From a virus (lineage: Duplodnaviria > Caudoviricetes), in the IMG/VR virus record IMGVR_UViG_3300006169_000036, positions 1 through 59,633 of that record: DNA of 59,633 nucleotides; one strand, given 5' to 3'. This document shows positions 58,334 through 59,633 of this stretch, one piece after another. Below the pieces are notes generated by a model that was not told where the DNA came from, did not search any database, and saw nothing but the letters and a program-made list of their open reading frames with translations. Within the stretch, counting starts at the first letter, position 1. Each line of letters opens with the position of its first letter. Made by a program: the position numbers and the translations under genes.

Positions 58334-58930
58334 TCAGTCGGCGCGGCCGTTGCGGGCCACGATCCAGGTCGTCGCCTGCATGGTCGTCGCGTCCACGCCG
58401 CGACGTCGCGCGGCGAGGCGGTAGGCGTGCTCCAGCGCGTCATACACGCCGACACGCGACAGGTCGCGTTCTGGGTCATCGGACACCGCGCCGATGGCGA
58501 CGCGGGCTGCCCATACATCCACGGTCACCGCGTCCCGGTCGCCCAGGATGTTCAGCGCGAACCGGCGTGTCTTCGGGCCGCGTAGCGTGCCGATAGGGTC
58601 ATCGGACTGCAGCGCTGCCCGGGCACGGTCGACGTTGGCGCCGATGCATCCGGCAGTCGAGCCGTCCGTCAGCAGTGACACAGCACCCGCGATGTTCCGG
58701 GACCATGTCGTACGCGGTGACAGGTGAGCGATGACAGCGGCGGCATGCTCCCGTGAGCCTGCCTTACCGGCCAGCGTGTCGGCGATGCTGCCCGCATCGG
58801 CATACCATGACGCGCCTGCCTCCACGTCGGAAGCGGTGGCGCGGTCGAACGTCGCAACGATCCTGTCGACGGTCGCGCGAGTGGTGGTGCCGATGCGCTG
58901 CAGACTCTCGTTGTGTGAGCGCTTAGCCAT
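58334..58930 (-). CDS. HhH-GPD DNA-glycosylase-like protein
   Basis: WY, LSP...W..N, GPKT..F..NI, VTVDVWA.R, QA..W pattern. Confidence 0.6.
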   Translation of the reverse strand: MAKRSHNESLQRIGTTTRATVDRIVATFDRATASDVEAGASWYADAGSIADTLAGKAGSREHAAAVIAHLSPRTTWSRNIAGAVSLLTDGSTAGCIGANVDRARAALQSDDPIGTLRGPKTRRFALNILGDRDAVTVDVWAARVAIGAVSDDPERDLSRVGVYDALEHAYRLAARRRGVDATTMQATTWIVARNGRAD

Positions 58931-59421
58931 TGTCTGTGCCCTTCACCATGCGAGTCACCCGACACCGTGTCGGATGGCTTGCACGGTGGACGCGGTGCCC
59001 ACAAGCATCCGCGTCGCACCATGCCTAGCCTTCCCCGGGGATCGTTCCCTCGCACGCCTGTCGCTGCAGGTCGCACGGTGTAGGACAGGTCATCGCAATC
59101 TGAGGACCATGCTGTCCACGCTAGGCGTGGCTGTCCCGTATCTTCACCCGTGGAGTGTCTGGAGTTAGCGGGCTACCCGTCGCGGCGGACCCGTGTCTCG
59201 GCTAGGTGACCGCCTGCCGTAGGCGGGTCCCGGACGTGTGACCCTGATCGGACCCGGAGATTCCGGGGAGGCCTTCCGCACGATTGTGCAGCGCGCCTCG
59301 CCTGTCCTGTCTTGCGCGAGGTGAGAGGGGACGGATCTGCCCCCGCGACCCGCGAGCCTTTGCCCGTGGACGGGGCCAACCGCTTGCCCCTCTCGCCTCG
59401 CCGTTGTTCTGTTATGGCTAC

Positions 59422-59451
59422 AGCCTGCATCCCCACTCCGGGCTTAGGCAA
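59422..59451 (-). promoter_or_regulatory. Candidate leftward early promoter TTGCCT-N18-CAGGCT
   Basis: SigA-like hexamers in the non-coding right end. Confidence 0.45.
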
Positions 59452-59557
59452 CCCTAACTTTTTTCGCCTCTCGCATGGTGAGACGCCACCTACCCTGACC
59501 TGCGCTTTTACCCTGCCTTTACTTGTCTCACATGGTGGACACGGCTCGGCATGACCC

Positions 59558-59633
59558 CTGCCCTGCCTGCCCTGCCTGCCCTGCCTGCCCTGCCTGCCCT
59601 GCCTGCCCTGCCTGCCCTGCCTGCCCTGCCTGC
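59558..59633. repeat. Tandem repeat (CTGCCCTGC)n, 8 units plus 4 bp
   Basis: Identical to bases 1-76, same orientation. Confidence 0.98.

Overview
The window looks like an essentially complete, high-GC, lytic siphovirus of an actinomycete host. The left arm (+ strand, 0.7-29.4 kb) holds terminase, portal, a MuF-like gene, an inserted repeat-fibre cassette, scaffold, capsid, neck genes, an inserted HNH gene, major tail protein, frameshifted tail chaperones, a tape measure with M23 and lytic transglycosylase domains, minor tail genes and lysis genes. The right arm (mostly - strand, 29.5-58.9 kb) holds endonuclease VII, MazG-like, SSB, dATP/dGTP diphosphohydrolase-like, HAD nucleotidase, PD-(D/E)XK nuclease, SMC-like ATPase, metallophosphoesterase, primase-polymerase/SF3 helicase, two WhiB-like proteins, a C5 DNA methyltransferase and many small early genes. 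I recognised no integrase, repressor or replicative DNA polymerase. Both ends stop inside a (CTGCCCTGC)n tract, so the contig is probably a circle broken at that repeat. The most striking feature is a 78-nt RNA gene at 40687-40764 (-) consisting of a tmRNA tRNA-like domain with no mRNA-like domain. Other notable features are a 44-bp inverted repeat upstream of gene 1, G-quadruplex-type terminal repeats, a glycosylase-like plus GNAT gene pair at the start of the early arm, and several repeated regulatory motifs. All calls come from reading motifs and synteny by eye; no searches were run.
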